A stretch of DNA of 63,165 nucleotides from Octopus bimaculoides (taxonomy: Eukaryota): positions 83,015,518 through 83,078,682 of the forward strand of contig NC_068986.1 of NCBI RefSeq assembly GCF_001194135.2, written 5' to 3'. The notes below the pieces were generated by a model. It was given only the letters and a program-made list of their open reading frames with translations, was not told where the DNA came from and made no database searches. How positions within the stretch are numbered: the first letter of the stretch is position 1; each line of letters begins with the position of its first letter. Of this stretch, positions 1-13,094 are shown one piece after another. The position numbers and the translations under genes are program-made.

Positions 1-1915
1 TAACGTCCGCCTTCTATGCTAGCATGGGTGGGACAGTTTCACAAGAGCTGGCCAGGCCAAAGCCTGCACCTGAATCTTGTGACTGTTTTGGCAGGATTTT
101 TACAGCTGGATGCCCTTCCTAACATCAACCACTTAGCAGAGTGGACTTAGTGCTTTTGTCATGGCTCAAGCACAGACGAGGTGAATAGTGCTTTTTATGT
201 GGCACAAGCACAGGTGAGGTCAGTTTTGGCAAGTTTGTTACAGCTGGATGCCCTTCCGAACACCAACCACTTTACAGTGTGGACTGGGTGCTTTTAAGTA
301 GCACCTGCACTGACAGGGTCACCAAGTACTTGTAAGACAAAAAAAAAACACCTTGAAGAGGGGAGGAGGTGATCTTGTGTTGGATGATGTAAAGGTTATA
401 GTGAGACAGATACAGGTGTATTGCTGTAGAGGAAGTACAAGGTTACCCGGCCAGAGAAAGAAAGATCAGGAATGAAGACAAACAGGTGTGCTGCCACAAA
501 GGAAATACACTGTTGCCCAACCCGAGGGAAATGCAGGAGGAGAGAGAGTGGGAGACAGCAGAATAGAGAGGGTGGCAAAATGCCAGACATACTCACAGGG
601 ATCAGAATATAAATGGGATGGTTGAGTAAAGGAAGAGAGAGATATAGATGGGGGCAAGTGCCAGGGCATACCCTTGAGGTGTGAATGCCATAATATAAGT
701 GGCAGGATATTGTGTAGGAAGTGTGATTAAAGAGTGCGAGTAAGTAGCAAAAGACCTGGGTATGTATAGAGTTGTGGGGAGGGGGGCTACTGGATAGCAA
801 TAATATAGAGGAACAAGGGTGTGAGGACAGGATTGAGGAGTGAGAGCTAGGCATAGTGAATGAAGGAGTTACATGTGGGTGGAACACACAGGTCAGGGGC
901 TAGCAGATATCAATAATAGAATGAGGCAGGGCATGTGGGTAGATCACACAGGTTGGGGGCAAGCAGAGAGCAATGATACAGTGGCACAGGGCCAAGAGGA
1001 CAGGATTGGGGAGTGAGAGGTAATCAAAGTACATGAAGCAGAAATGTGAGGAAGAGAACAGATGTAGTTTGGTTTGTTGTGGTAGAGTGCGTGAGATGTT
1101 TTCTTAAGTGTGGGTGGGACACACAGGGCCTCTAGAGCTCAGTTTCACTGACGTGGGCGGGTCTTCTCTAGAATTTCATATCACCAGACATCTCTATTGT
1201 CATTTCCTCTGTGAGGCCCAACATCCTGAGAGCGGTCCTTACCACTTCACCCCACATCTTCCCGGGTCTCCTTCTTCCACAGGTACCATCCATTTTCAGT
1301 GATTGGCACTTCTTTATGCAGCTGTCCTCATTCATATACATCACATGTCCAAACCAGCGTAGTCTTCTCTCTTGCATACTACATTTGATTTCTCTTATGC
1401 TCAACTTTTCTCTCAATACATTTGCACTTTGCTGTACATGTTGGATGTTGCACATCCAACAGAGCATACTGCATTCATTTCTCTCCAGTCTACGTGTGTC
1501 TTCTGCATTCAGAGCCCATGTCTCACTACTATGGTGTATAGCCATTCATACACAAGCATCATATAGTCTCCCTTTCACTCTGAGAGAGTCCTTTTGTTGC
1601 CAACAGAGGTAATAGCTCTCTGAACTTCCTCCACCCAATTCTTATTCTAGAAACAATACTTCCAGAGCATCCTCCACCATTGCTAATTTGGTTACCTAGG
1701 TAACAGAAACTATCTACAACCTCAAGAGAGCCTCTTGGGCATTTGAGAGAATCTAAGTCCCGTGTGCTCTTAGTGCTTTTTGTTCCTACACATCTGCCAC
1801 AAACAAAGACTACTTTATCTGTTAATCTACCTGTGATTCCACTGCACCTCTTATGAGTCCATAGTTTACACTGCAGGGCTTATCCCTTGGTTCTGTTCTC
1901 ATAATTGTTTCATTA
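1..1915 (-). mobile_element. RTE-clade LINE 3' fragment (RT C-terminus plus a long pyrimidine-rich 3' UTR and tail)
   Basis: ORF 1168-1545 (-) HSSETWAL...MQERRLRWFGHVM is a typical RTE C-terminus. The 3' tail matches the copies at 38246 and 52005, and the purine-rich 380-1090 tract matches 43560-43990 in reverse. Confidence 0.75.
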
Positions 1916-2069
1916 ATCCAGTAACAACAATACAGAGAATGTAGCCCTTAAAACGGTTTTTGAGTATTTATTGAGAATACCAAACTGTCTTACACAGGAT
2001 CTTGTTTTTAGGAATTCCCAATAAGTTATGAATACCCAAATTGTGAAGTCAGTTATGTAATAATCAAAT

Positions 2070-2335
2070 GTGGAATAGCCTTGACCTTTCATAGCTTGCA
2101 CTCGGGTGTCCAAGTCAAGTAATGCTTCATTGTAAATGGTATTATTGTACGTAGCAATTTCTGCTGAGGTTTGCCTTTGAATCCTTCCTAGATGTCCATG
2201 TTTGATGCAGGCTTCTCTATAGGTCGTGCAGACTTCCCATTGTGTCTTAGAAAGTCTGTGAATGATGTAGGACCTCTGACAGTGTGTAGCAGAAAGAAGC
2301 ATTCCTACTGATTAGGGTGCACAGTGTACACCCAC
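2070..2335 (-). mobile_element. Helitron RepHel remnant, internally deleted
   Basis: EVCTTYREACIKHGHL and YNNTIYNEALLDLDTRVQAM resemble the Helitron linker motifs TYREAC..GLL and IYNEALI.IED. Confidence 0.5.
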
Positions 2336-2804
2336 CTGATGGCCCCACTTCTGAAGACAGCATCTTCTTTCCAACCCTCAGTGCATGTTCCTTGCTTGAG
2401 CCTGTTCCATCTATTTTGTGTCTAGGTACAGTAAATGGGGATCTCTACATACAACAGTGTTCAGGCAAACAGATTACATTGGCATAATTTGAAGAAAGCT
2501 GTCAAAGTGGTTTCTCAAGGATTCAGAACTGTTTCGAGCATTGTCTTCTATGAAATATACATGCTGGCTATATTCAAGACATACAAATAGATTTTAAGGT
2601 GTTCCTACATGTAAACAGTGTGTGACTTTTGTGTTGACAGTGCATTTGTCTAAAAGCAGAACAGTTCTTCATGCAGTGCTTGTCAATTGGCTGAAGTGAC
2701 ATGAAAGGTATCATCATTCATGGTATATTCATGAATAAGTGATTAACTAAAATAAGTGGATCTATTGTTTAGGAAAATACTATTTACTTGTTTAAGGGTT
2801 GTCA

Positions 2805-2975
2805 TCATCATCATCATCATCATCATCGTTTAACGTCCACTTTCCATGCTAGCATGGGTTGGACAATTTGACTGAGGACTGGTAAACCGGATGGCTACAC
2901 CAGGTTCCAATCTGATTTGGCATAGTTTCTACAGCTGGATGTCCTTCCTAATGCCAACCACTCCGAGAGTGTAGT
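2805..2975 (-). mobile_element. RTE-derived 3' tail with (CAT)n microsatellite
   Basis: (catcat)n-gtttaacgtccactttccatgctagcatgggttggac, shared with many copies in the window. Confidence 0.75.
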
Positions 2976-5555
2976 GTAGTACTGGATAAATTGCAAAAAT
3001 AACTCTAACAGTTCAAATACTAAGAAATAAGCATACTCAATTTGATTTATACCAAATAATATAGGAAAATGAATGGGTTATTTCCCTTGACTGTTAAAAT
3101 ATGAAATAGCTTTTTTCCAATGATAACTTTATATATTTACTGTATCCTAGAACTGTTCATATAATTCACTTATTTACATTCATTATTACTGATTTGAAAC
3201 AAATCTTTGTTGACTATTGTTTTTACATGTAAACAGCGAGTTATTGTGTTGGGCCTTTTTACTCAAAAAAATAATTCATTTGGTAGATTAAGGTTTTCAA
3301 ATGTTACTCTGCTTATCAACTTTATTCTGCACTAACGATCAAATAGCTTCTTTTATCTTCAGCCATAGATTCATATCTTGTCAGAATAAAGCAGTGAAAC
3401 CGACTTAAAGTATGTAGATGGGTAGGTTGTTGTTCCATCTAATGTGACTCTGTTCAAAAGGCTGTAATCTTGTTTGGTAGTAAACCCGGTATGAAGAAAT
3501 ACATGGAACAAATGTGATAACTTTAAATACGTTTATTGTGGTTACATGTATATATACACAAGCTGAATGAAAGTGGTTGATGGACATTTATTCATATATC
3601 TACATGCATCTGCATGGGTTGAATGTTAGCTGTTAAGCTTGGTGAGAAGCTCATGAACTGCGATGCATTAGAACCAGTGCAGTGTGTTGGTGCTGTGTAG
3701 ATGTTGTTGACAACGTTGGTGAGAGACATGAGTGGTGGCGACGAAGATGGAGGTCGCTGCAATGTGGTCAGTAGTTAAACTTAGAAGGTCTGAAACCAAC
3801 AGACGTTGAGATTAGAAGGAAGTCAGCTTTTATAGCTGCTGGTAGGCTCATATGCTGATTTGGAACAGACTGTCTCATGTGACTTATTTGAAGGCTGCCA
3901 TTGGTTGGGTTGCATATTAGCGCATGATAAAGTAAGAGACAAATTGCACCAATACCAACCAATCAGAATGGTAGACACAATGGGGTCCAAAACAGCGCCC
4001 AAAGGTTAGCTGTTACCTGCTAAGTTTGTATGTCTGTTATATAATTGAGAGAGGAAGTTCACTAGAGTTTGCTACAAGTACATAGCCTCGAAGTACCATA
4101 GAGTTTGGACATACAGGGTGCATTGGTTAGTTGTAATAGGGCAGTGATCAGATGATACAATAGGTGTGGAGACAGCATATAGTGAGTTGAAACCAAAAGT
4201 CCAAGCAGTTTTTGTTTTTCTATTTTCAAAGAGAAAAGAAACATAAATATGAAAGAGAACAGCAAACAAGCCCCACACTTTCATGAGAGAAAGAAAAGTT
4301 AGGGAGAACAGGTCTATATTAAAGTTTAAAGAAGAGGCAAAAGGGGCATTTTTAACATATCCAAACACAAAGTGTCTGCATATTTTTTGCAAGTAGGTTG
4401 ACAGAAGGACCACTTCTATAAGACTCTTCTATCAAACTGTCGAACCCATGCCAGAATGGAAGGACATTAAATAATGACAATTCATCTCTTCTCAGTGATG
4501 AGAGCTATGTGACATTAGGAAAGCAATCCTACAGCTGATCAGTTAATACTGAAGCTGTACTGGTGATCACTAAGGAGGGAATGAGACTCAAAATACTGAG
4601 GCTGATCAGTATGTTTCAATTGTTTCTGTGGTGGTGGTGGTGNNNNNNNNNNNNNNNNNNNNNNNNNNNNNNNNNNNNNNNNNNNNNGGGGGGGGGGGAA
4701 CAACGATTTAAGCCACCTTGAGTAATCCTTTGAGTAATCAAAGGGTTTCTTTCACCCAGGTCTCTTTGATCAGAGGGATGGCAAAGCCAATATGTCTCAG
4801 AGATACAACCAAGCGAATAGATTACTAAGAAAGTCAGTAATGCCAGAGTCAAAAGCATCAATAGAATGTGTTCCATTTGTAAGTTTGATTAATAGCAGTT
4901 GACTTACTGAATTCGTACACCTTTGTAAACAGGTATTGCTTTTGTGCTTTCAGGGTGTCAATCCATCCTATACATGTCAAGCTGAAGCCCTAGGGTGATG
5001 TTACTTTAGTCCACAACAGTTTGATTATAAAACAGATGATATTGGTTTACATGTTTACCAGTAACAAATCAAACAATGGTGTTAACTTCCTTGGTAACCT
5101 ATGTACCTGGTTGTATCTCTCAGATATGTTTTTGATCCTCATATCACAGGACTCTGGAAAACCTTTTACTCTCTGCTTCTCTTCTATCAAAATACACACA
5201 GTGCCTGGTTCTTTTTGTAGTTATTTCATATTGCATGTTCTACATATAAAATCAAAGGAGAAAAATATAAGAATATATCATCTTTATTTCAATTTTGGAT
5301 TATTTACAGGAATATCCATAAAATGTGATGAGGTAAAATTTAAAGATTTTGAGCCTCAGAAATGTGATGAAAAAGACTGAGTATAATAACAAAAATGCCC
5401 AAACAAAAAGAGAGTTTGTGAGAATGGATAATGACACAAATTTATCACCTACTTTGTATTAAGCTGAAGGTTACAATGATATTTACAAATTAATATCCAA
5501 ATTACCATAAAGTCATGAAGAAATCATGATGTAAATAGAAGAAATTATAAAATTA

Positions 5556-6801
5556 TCAAGTCATTAAGAATGAAATGTCTGATTTTCTTATGCACAAAGT
5601 TTGACAGTCATTAATTCTAATGTTTCATCCTGACAATTCTTTGTTTTACAACATTGAAGAGTTACATCATCACTTTTTGAAATGCAATTCATGGTGTCTG
5701 ATTATATTGTAAGTTTTCTCTTGTAATTCAATTTTTGTGAACCCATGGATAGATAAAAAATTCATGTTGTTTATGAATATGAGTTCTGTCGTGGAACCAA
5801 TGCATCCCAGACAGCTGGAAACACCAATGAGGTGTTTGGTGAAGATGTGGCGAATGAGTGCACTGTACGTTGATGGTTTGAGAAGTTCCGGTCTGGTGAC
5901 TTTACTCTTGAAAATCAGCCCCATGGTAGACCTGAGATCAAGGTGGATAATGATGAGCTGGAAACTGTAGTGGAAGTGGATACATCTCAAACTACGTGTG
6001 AATTAGCAGCAAGGTTTGATGCTTCAATTCCAACTGTATTGGTCTATCTGAAACAAATCGGCTAGGTAAAGAAGCTGGACAAGTGGGTACCACATGAACT
6101 GAACGAGCATCAAATGACACATCATCTTGAAACTTGCTGTTCTTTGCTGTGACAGCATAAAAAAAGAACCATTTTGGCATCGTATTGTTATGTGTGATGA
6201 AAAATGGATTCGTTTCAACAAAGCAAGCATTCTGCATAGTGGTTGGATAGAGACGAAGTGCCTAAACACGATCCAAAAAAGAATATTCACCAAAAAAAGC
6301 TAATGGTGTCTATTTGGTGGTCCAGCACTGGTGTCATCCACTACAGCTTCACGAGACCTAGTGAAATGATGAGTGAACTTGCAATTAAGCAATTGAAATT
6401 TGTCAATAGAGACAGGCCAATTCTCTTGCAAGACAATGCTTGACTACATGTTGCACAAAGAACACTACTTAAGTTACAGGAACTGAACTTGGAAGTACTC
6501 TGTCATCCACCATATTCACCAGAACTTGCACCAACAGACTATCATGTTTTCCAGGCATTACACAACATATTGTGAGGTAAAAACTTCAAATCTGAAGAAG
6601 ATGCAAAAACAGCCTTTCATGATTTCATAACCTCTTGCTCTCCAGAATTCTTCACTGCTGGCATAAATAAGCTACTGATAAAATGGAAAAATTGTGTTGA
6701 TAATTCAGGTGCATAGTTTAATTAATTGCATTGCCTTTTGTTGAGATAAAGTAAAATATACTTTCAGTTCAAAATCAGACATTTCATTCTTAATGACCTG
6801 A
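5556..6801 (+). mobile_element. Mariner (DD34D) transposon, full length, transposase disabled
   Basis: TIRs tca(a/g)gtcattaagaatgaaatgtctgatttt at both ends with TA target duplication. Motifs WFEKFRSGDF, WVPHEL, CDEKW and YSPELAPTDYH carry in-frame stops. Confidence 0.95.
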
Positions 6802-7343
6802 TATATAACTATTTACCAAGAGGATCCTTTTCAAGATGAAGTACATACATAATAAATTTAAATCAGAATATACATAAGATACATGAAAGAATGTATATAA
6901 AATTCAGAATACATATAAAACACATATGCCATTAGGCAATGTTGAAATATGCTGAAATAAATGCACTAAATATGTTTTGTGCATTCATTGTAACACAATA
7001 ACTGTACAGTGAAATCATTTCCCATTTATGAGAATACATTTCTCAGCTATTTAGCCACACAGTCAAATCAACAGTATCATTCCTCCTTTCTGGAAATATG
7101 TTAGTTTGTAATGTGTGAATATACTGAAATAATGCTTTTATTTAAAATATCACTGGTAAGTTATTTCACCCAATTTAGATATATAAAATAAAATATTGGG
7201 AAGTTGTTCTTTCAGTGTTAAAACTTCTTTTTTCTGTGAATACATTTAAAAATTATATTTTTCTGATAGAATGAATTTTGATAGTGGTGTGTTAACTCTT
7301 CTATATGAAGAAATAAATGTATAGCTAAATTAACGAGTTTTTA

Positions 7344-7696
<353 letters not shown>

Positions 7697-8290
7697 CTAT
7701 CCTGTATGAATATGTTTGTGAGTAGTTAAGATTATCACTTCAGAAAGAGATTTATTATGGATATCACTTTGATATAATTTATCTAGTGTATGAATACGTT
7801 TTGGGGTAGTTACATGAAGATTCATTTTCTTTTGTGCATGAATTTGTCTGTGGCGAGTTAAGATAGAACTTTGAGAGAAAGACTTACCACAGATATCACA
7901 GTGATATGGCTTCTCTCCAGTATGAATATGCCTGTGAGTAATTAAATTTATTCTAGCAGAGAATGATTTACTACATATGTCACAGTGATGTGGTTTCTCT
8001 CCTGTATGAATACGTATGTGAGTAATTAAGCTAGATCTTTGAGAGAAGGATTTACCACAGATATCACAATGATATGGCTTCTCTCCTGTATGAACATGTT
8101 CATGGGTAGTTAGGTTACCTTTCAGGGAGAATGACTTTTTACAGATATTACAGTGGTATAAGGCCTTCCCTGTTACTTTCAGCGTCTCAGTAGGAAAATC
8201 AATACTTTTATACTGTGGTTTACAATTAATTCCATTTTCATATAGTGTATTTTCCATTCTTTTCCTTCTTTCACTACAATATATATTCAT
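7697..8290 (-). CDS. C2H2 zinc-finger protein (ZNF1), 197 aa: 4 intact fingers followed by degenerate fingers; alternative start at 8257
   Basis: The ORF has four C-x2-C-x12-H-x3-H motifs with TGEKP linkers. Its N-terminus MNIYCSERRKRMEN parallels ZNF3 [14 protein letters not shown]. Confidence 0.9.
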   Translation of the reverse strand: MNIYCSERRKRMENTLYENGINCKPQYKSIDFPTETLKVTGKALYHCNICKKSFSLKGNLTTHEHVHTGEKPYHCDICGKSFSQRSSLITHIRIHTGEKPHHCDICSKSFSARINLITHRHIHTGEKPYHCDICGKSFSQSSILTRHRQIHAQKKMNLHVTTPKRIHTLDKLYQSDIHNKSLSEVIILTTHKHIHTG

Positions 8291-8619
8291 TTGTATTCTT
8301 TTTATATTTTATTCCAAACAAATATTTCTACAATTATATTACCATCAACTGTGATTTTTGTAGGTATCAGGAAATGTTGCAACTTCTTTGTAAATATATC
8401 CAATTTTAAATAGAAGACAAAATCATTTTGTTCAGATTTCAAAGAGAACTGTGAAAAAAACAATTGTTACCAATAACATCTCTCAGAGGCTATAAGTAAA
8501 TATTTCACAGTAATTCATTACAGTTTTATATAAACAGGGTTACGTCTGTCCTGCAAAACATCTTTTAGTCTATAATATGATGTATATGAAGAAAAAACTT
8601 CTTTCCTTTCAACATCAGC

Positions 8620-8650
8620 TGATATTCTGAAATAATAGAGAAACCATATA
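8620..8650 (-). promoter_or_regulatory. Candidate splice acceptor opening the ZNF1 coding exon (exon starts at 8626)
   Basis: TTTCTCTATTATTTCAG|AATATC; the same motif precedes ZNF3, followed by a leader of similar length (336 versus 339 nt). Confidence 0.65.
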
Positions 8651-8781
8651 AGATACAGAAGACACATACAAAGAATGGATTTAACAGTGAAAATATCACA
8701 TTTATACTTTCTAATTGTAGGCATAGACTTTGAACTCTGCTTCTACCATTTTCCTTCCTATCTATATATACATATACAGTA

Positions 8782-9823
8782 TAGGGTGTTTGGGTTAAAT
8801 TTCACAAATTTTTGTATCTTTTTTTTTTTTTCAGAAATAGCTTAATGTATTGGTGAACAATCAATGGCATTGGAGAGCATAAAGTTTAAAGTCATAAAGA
8901 ATAAAAAGTTTAGAATGGTACAACAATGCACTATAGAACAAAAAATGGACTATATACCTGTTGTAATTTGGTTCTCTATAGTCTGATGATATTTCAGAAT
9001 TAAAATTCCTTCTTCAGATCTTCTTAGCTGGAGTCTCTGCTATAAACTGTTTTCCAACGGTTTGTTGAAAAAAAAATTAGATGACATGGAGGACTGGAAG
9101 CCATCTGAATATTGGAAGTTAACTGTATCATGATGATTTGCACTGGGCATCAAAATGTTAATATCATGGCTGCTGCTCAGTGCTGTGAACACTATAAAGG
9201 TTCTAAGATGTGACATGGACAGATGCAATGGAGACTATAAAGCTATAGCCAGCAGGAAGAGACACAACAAGCATTCTGACTGCATTCACAAGCCAGAATT
9301 CATCCCCACATCTTTGAGCAGGACCTTAGGCTCAATTTGGATGACTATGTGAAGCTGGTGGAGACTGTGCTCAATCCTTGGCTGGAGAGGGTTGCTGCTG
9401 GAAGGCTATATATGTGGCAGCAGGATTCAGCTCCTTGCCATACCTACAGAAAGAGTCATGAAGTGATTGTTGGAAAATGTCTATGACTTCACCAACCCTA
9501 ATTTCTGGCTTCCAAATTCCTCCAATTGTAATTCCATGGATTACTATGCATGGGGCATGATTGAGAAAGACACCAGCCACTCTGCCTGCAACATCAAGGC
9601 CAAGCAGGTGGCGAAGATCACAGTGTTTGAAGATCTTCCCAGGGATGCAATGAGGAATACATGCACAAGGTTCAAGAGCCAGCTTGAGGCTGTAGTGGAA
9701 GCTGAGAGCGACTACTTCAAGTAAACTTATCTCCCATCCATAATCTAGTTGATACTTTTTGGATGGGATATTGTGATTTCTTTTCCTTTAATGCAAACTG
9801 TCAAATTTAGCCCAAATACCCCG
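8782..9823 (+). mobile_element. Degenerate Tc1/mariner element (maT/DD37D-like)
   Basis: Imperfect TIRs (tagggtgtttgggttaaattt and aaatttagcccaaataccccg) with TA flanks. Remnant QQDSAP...FWLPNSSNCNSMDYYAWG matches WPPNSPD.NP.DY. Confidence 0.85.
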
Positions 9824-9839
9824 TATATACATATATATT

Positions 9840-10026
9840 GGTACTACTAAAGCAGAGTGGTCCCGAACGCGCAGTCGCGCGTCCGCGTTAGCTAGTCGTG
9901 AGTGGTCGATCCTAACCCTAACCCTAAACACGTATTCATTTGCGCACGCGCACTTTTTGAAAGATCGACCACTCACGACTAGCTAGCGCGGGTGCGCGTT
10001 CGGGACCACTCTACTTTAGTAGTACC
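9840..10026. mobile_element. 187-bp MITE with long TIRs and an 8-bp TSD (TATATATT); Merlin-like
   Basis: Ends are GGTACTACTAAAG and CTTTAGTAGTACC. The arms pair over about 70 nt, and TATATATT is identical at 9832-9839 and 10027-10034. Confidence 0.9.
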
Positions 10027-10424
10027 TATATATTAAAGGAGAAATGGTTACTACTCCCCTTGACAAGGGTACAAGAGATAATCTGATCTTTCTAACACAC
10101 ATATATAAACATATATATGAATGTACGTAAACACACACACATACAATGCGGTTGATATTCTGACCATATCGCACGAGGAGTTTTTTAGGCGGGCAATTTA
10201 AACTGGTCGTGTGCATACGTGCATATATATATACAAAGTATAGGCATAACTAAGTATATACAATTACTATAGACCCAATAAAAAATGTCACAATATAGTG
10301 AAGAATGGCAGTATATAAATTAATACTCACGTGATTACAGTTGATATAAGGAAGATATCACTAAATATTCAAATAGAATTTTCAGTCGAAGTGGATAATG
10401 ACAGCTTTTAAAGAAATTCTAAAT

Positions 10425-10570
10425 TTTACCGCAGACGTTACTTTATACTTTCAGATCAACATAGTGAATGTTGTTGTAGCTATTTCTTCACACGGTTAAT
10501 TACCAATCATCCATATTTAATTAGGGTCTTCTAATGTGTGTTCGATGTAAACTTGATACATGTGGATGAA
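10425..10570 (-). promoter_or_regulatory. Candidate non-coding first exon/promoter of ZNF1 (donor GCG|GTAAAA, exon ends at 10430)
   Basis: Non-repeat sequence with several CpGs and a GT donor upstream of the ZNF1 acceptor. Inference only. Confidence 0.3.
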
Positions 10571-11191
10571 ACAAAACAAAGTTTGTCAGGGGAAGTTACT
10601 CTATTTCTCTTTTTTATATTTTTCTAAATACATTACGAATGATTTAAAACATTTTGCTCTGAAATATGTGTGAGTTTTTCATTGATGTCCACTGGTTCAT
10701 CTGCCATCATTAAATCATGATTCATTTTGGTATTTCGAGAAAAAGGAGAGAAAGAGATTACATCCATGAGCAATACAAAAAAAAAAAATCTTCAACTTTT
10801 TTGCCAAAAGGAAACAACTCCGACACACCGGAGGGGTACTTTTCATCTCTATACCGAAAACCCCAAAATCGTGTTGCATGGAAGTCTTACGCCGGTGAAC
10901 CAGAGAAACGATTGTGTTATAAGCAATCCGACAACGAAAAACATCAACCAGATGTTCGCTTTCGAATCCGCCAGAATGTATTAAGAATGAATAGACAGAA
11001 CATAATTTGTAGCACAAAATTTGCTACCATTGCAATTAAGATGTATTTAGGAGCAACTCGTTCAAGGTCCTCAACTAAGGCCAAAATTCTTCGCTCTAAA
11101 TAACCCGTTAAAAAATTAATAAAACACCAATTTTAGGGATTTTTTCGTTTTCTTCTAATGACAACTCTTAATCAGAAAATTTTCAAAAATT

Positions 11192-12371
11192 GGGGCTAAG
11201 AATTGCATCTCCTTGAAAAATGCATTAAAATAAAAAATTCCGATTCCTACATTTTAAATGTCGGAGATTGCGAATATGCAACAAAAAAATATTTTTTAAA
11301 AATTTCACTCTCCTCTGCCCACAATTTAAAGTTTTTGATTTTGTTTACTTTAAAGGGATTGTAGCGAATTGACGAACATATGCAAATCGACATTAAATAT
11401 AGACAAAATCATTAAAGTGAAAAGAATTTGCCTTAAATAATCGTAAATGATAATTAAATGTAAATTAAATATGCACCACTTTATGAGAAACAAACATTAA
11501 TATGTTTAATAAGGGGCTCAAATTTTCCACCTCCCCCAATTTTAAGTTTTGAACTTTTTTATCCATTTATTTATTTGTCTGTCCATTTATCCCTATCCGT
11601 TTATTCATAAAATATATTTGCCAACTAAATGTAGCGGTCCTCTACAGGACCGTTACATTGTTTTTAGCCCCAGGAATATATATTTATCTATCTTTCTCTT
11701 TATACACATATCTATACGCTTATTGAATTTAAAATTTTGAAATGTGGTTTCCTGCATATTCGGAATCTCCGTCATCGAAAACAGAGAATAAAGGATCTAT
11801 TCTATCTCAATCACAGATTTTTAAATTAATTTTTTTAACTTAACAGTTTGAAACTTCAAATACTGGTAGAATTTCTCACATAGAATACGGCTTACTCTGA
11901 ACATTTTTGACCAAATTTCGTGTTTTAGAAGTTATTTCGTGTTAAAGTTGTTGTATTTGGGTAATTTCAGCCAATCAACGACGTGTATTTGGTTGAAGAA
12001 AGCTACTGCTGTTTGCAATAGTAATTGAAGAGGAACAACTACTGGGTCATCTCTACTAAATGTCACTATTCTGTTCTATTCGTATGTTGTGTGAAGATGA
12101 TATCACTTTTATCTCTCTTCCTTTCTAGTCATCACCGTGCATTCCTTACTCTTTCCATCCCTTGTACACTATCAACTTGCAGCCAGCGAGCGAACTTGTC
12201 ACTGCCACTACAATTACCGTATTTTCCGGTGCATAAGCTGTTATTTGTTTTGTTTTACCTTCATGTTTTGATATTATTATTTTTTTCATCTAATAAACGT
12301 GGGAATACGAAAAAAGTTTTTCAAAAAAATGCATATTTTTTCGGGAGAGGTGCGATTCTGCATTAGCTACC
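11192..12371. mobile_element. Second MITE family (GGGGCTAA TIR), copy with nested repeat fragments
   Basis: 11192-11790 is homologous to 39923-40500, and a degenerate right TIR gagaggtgcgattctgcattagc lies at about 12345-12371. Confidence 0.65.
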
Positions 12372-13094
12372 AAAATTAGTTTTGCATGATGATGATGATG
12401 ATGACGAATATTGCAGTATTTATAATAAAGAAGTCAGAAGCATTTAAAGTTACGTAATTTTAGCCAATGGATTTTAAACCACTGCCCTCAGCGTGAGTTG
12501 AAACTTTCTGGTCATGGCAACTCCACTTCCTTAATTCTATGGCTATGTAAACTTGAAATGTAGTAGGAGACAATGCCGAGAGCCTGCGTCTGTTGGAAGA
12601 GGCAAGTGGTTGTGCAGATGACTTTCTTTCGCCTTCTGTTTGTGAGGACACTGGATTCATGTCATTGAAATATATAAATTTAAATGCTTTTATCTTGTTA
12701 ATTAGTAATTTTTCGAAAAAACAAAACAAGACAAAAAAATGAATGTGATATTCATCATCAGCAGGCATGATTACATCTATGTAGGAAATTTGAAAACAAC
12801 CCATTGAGAACTGAAAAGTGGTTGGAAGAAAATCTAAAAGGATTAATTTTGCTTATTAAAACATCGTTGGTGAAATGCTTTTGGTTTCATTTTGTGATAG
12901 CCATCACACAGAAAATACTAGCTTCCAAATTCTGTTTTTTTAATTAGGAAAAAAGGATCAAAATTTAAACCTCTAACATTTTTCAAAAAATTTTCCTTAA
13001 TAAACAAATCACAAAATTGGAGTCAGTGTGAAAAATGGCCCCAATTTACCAAATTAAAAATTTTTTTGCTTAATTTCAAAATCTGTGACAACAA

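Noticed and set aside
396-887. 163-aa Ser/Leu/Pro/His-rich ORF
   Set aside because: It is a translation of the pyrimidine-rich 3' UTR of an RTE family also seen at about 13550 and 43600.
3590-3970. Possible LTR/Gypsy or DIRS remnant
   Set aside because: It is richer in GC than its flanks, but I could not read a diagnostic motif in any frame.
9911-9927. Interstitial telomere or chromosome-fusion scar
   Set aside because: Under three units long and enclosed in a TIR element with a TSD, so it belongs to the MITE.
10717-11103. 128-aa ORF beside the ZNF1 promoter region
   Set aside because: No recognisable domain, and it adjoins MITE sequence; probably a repeat remnant that I cannot classify.
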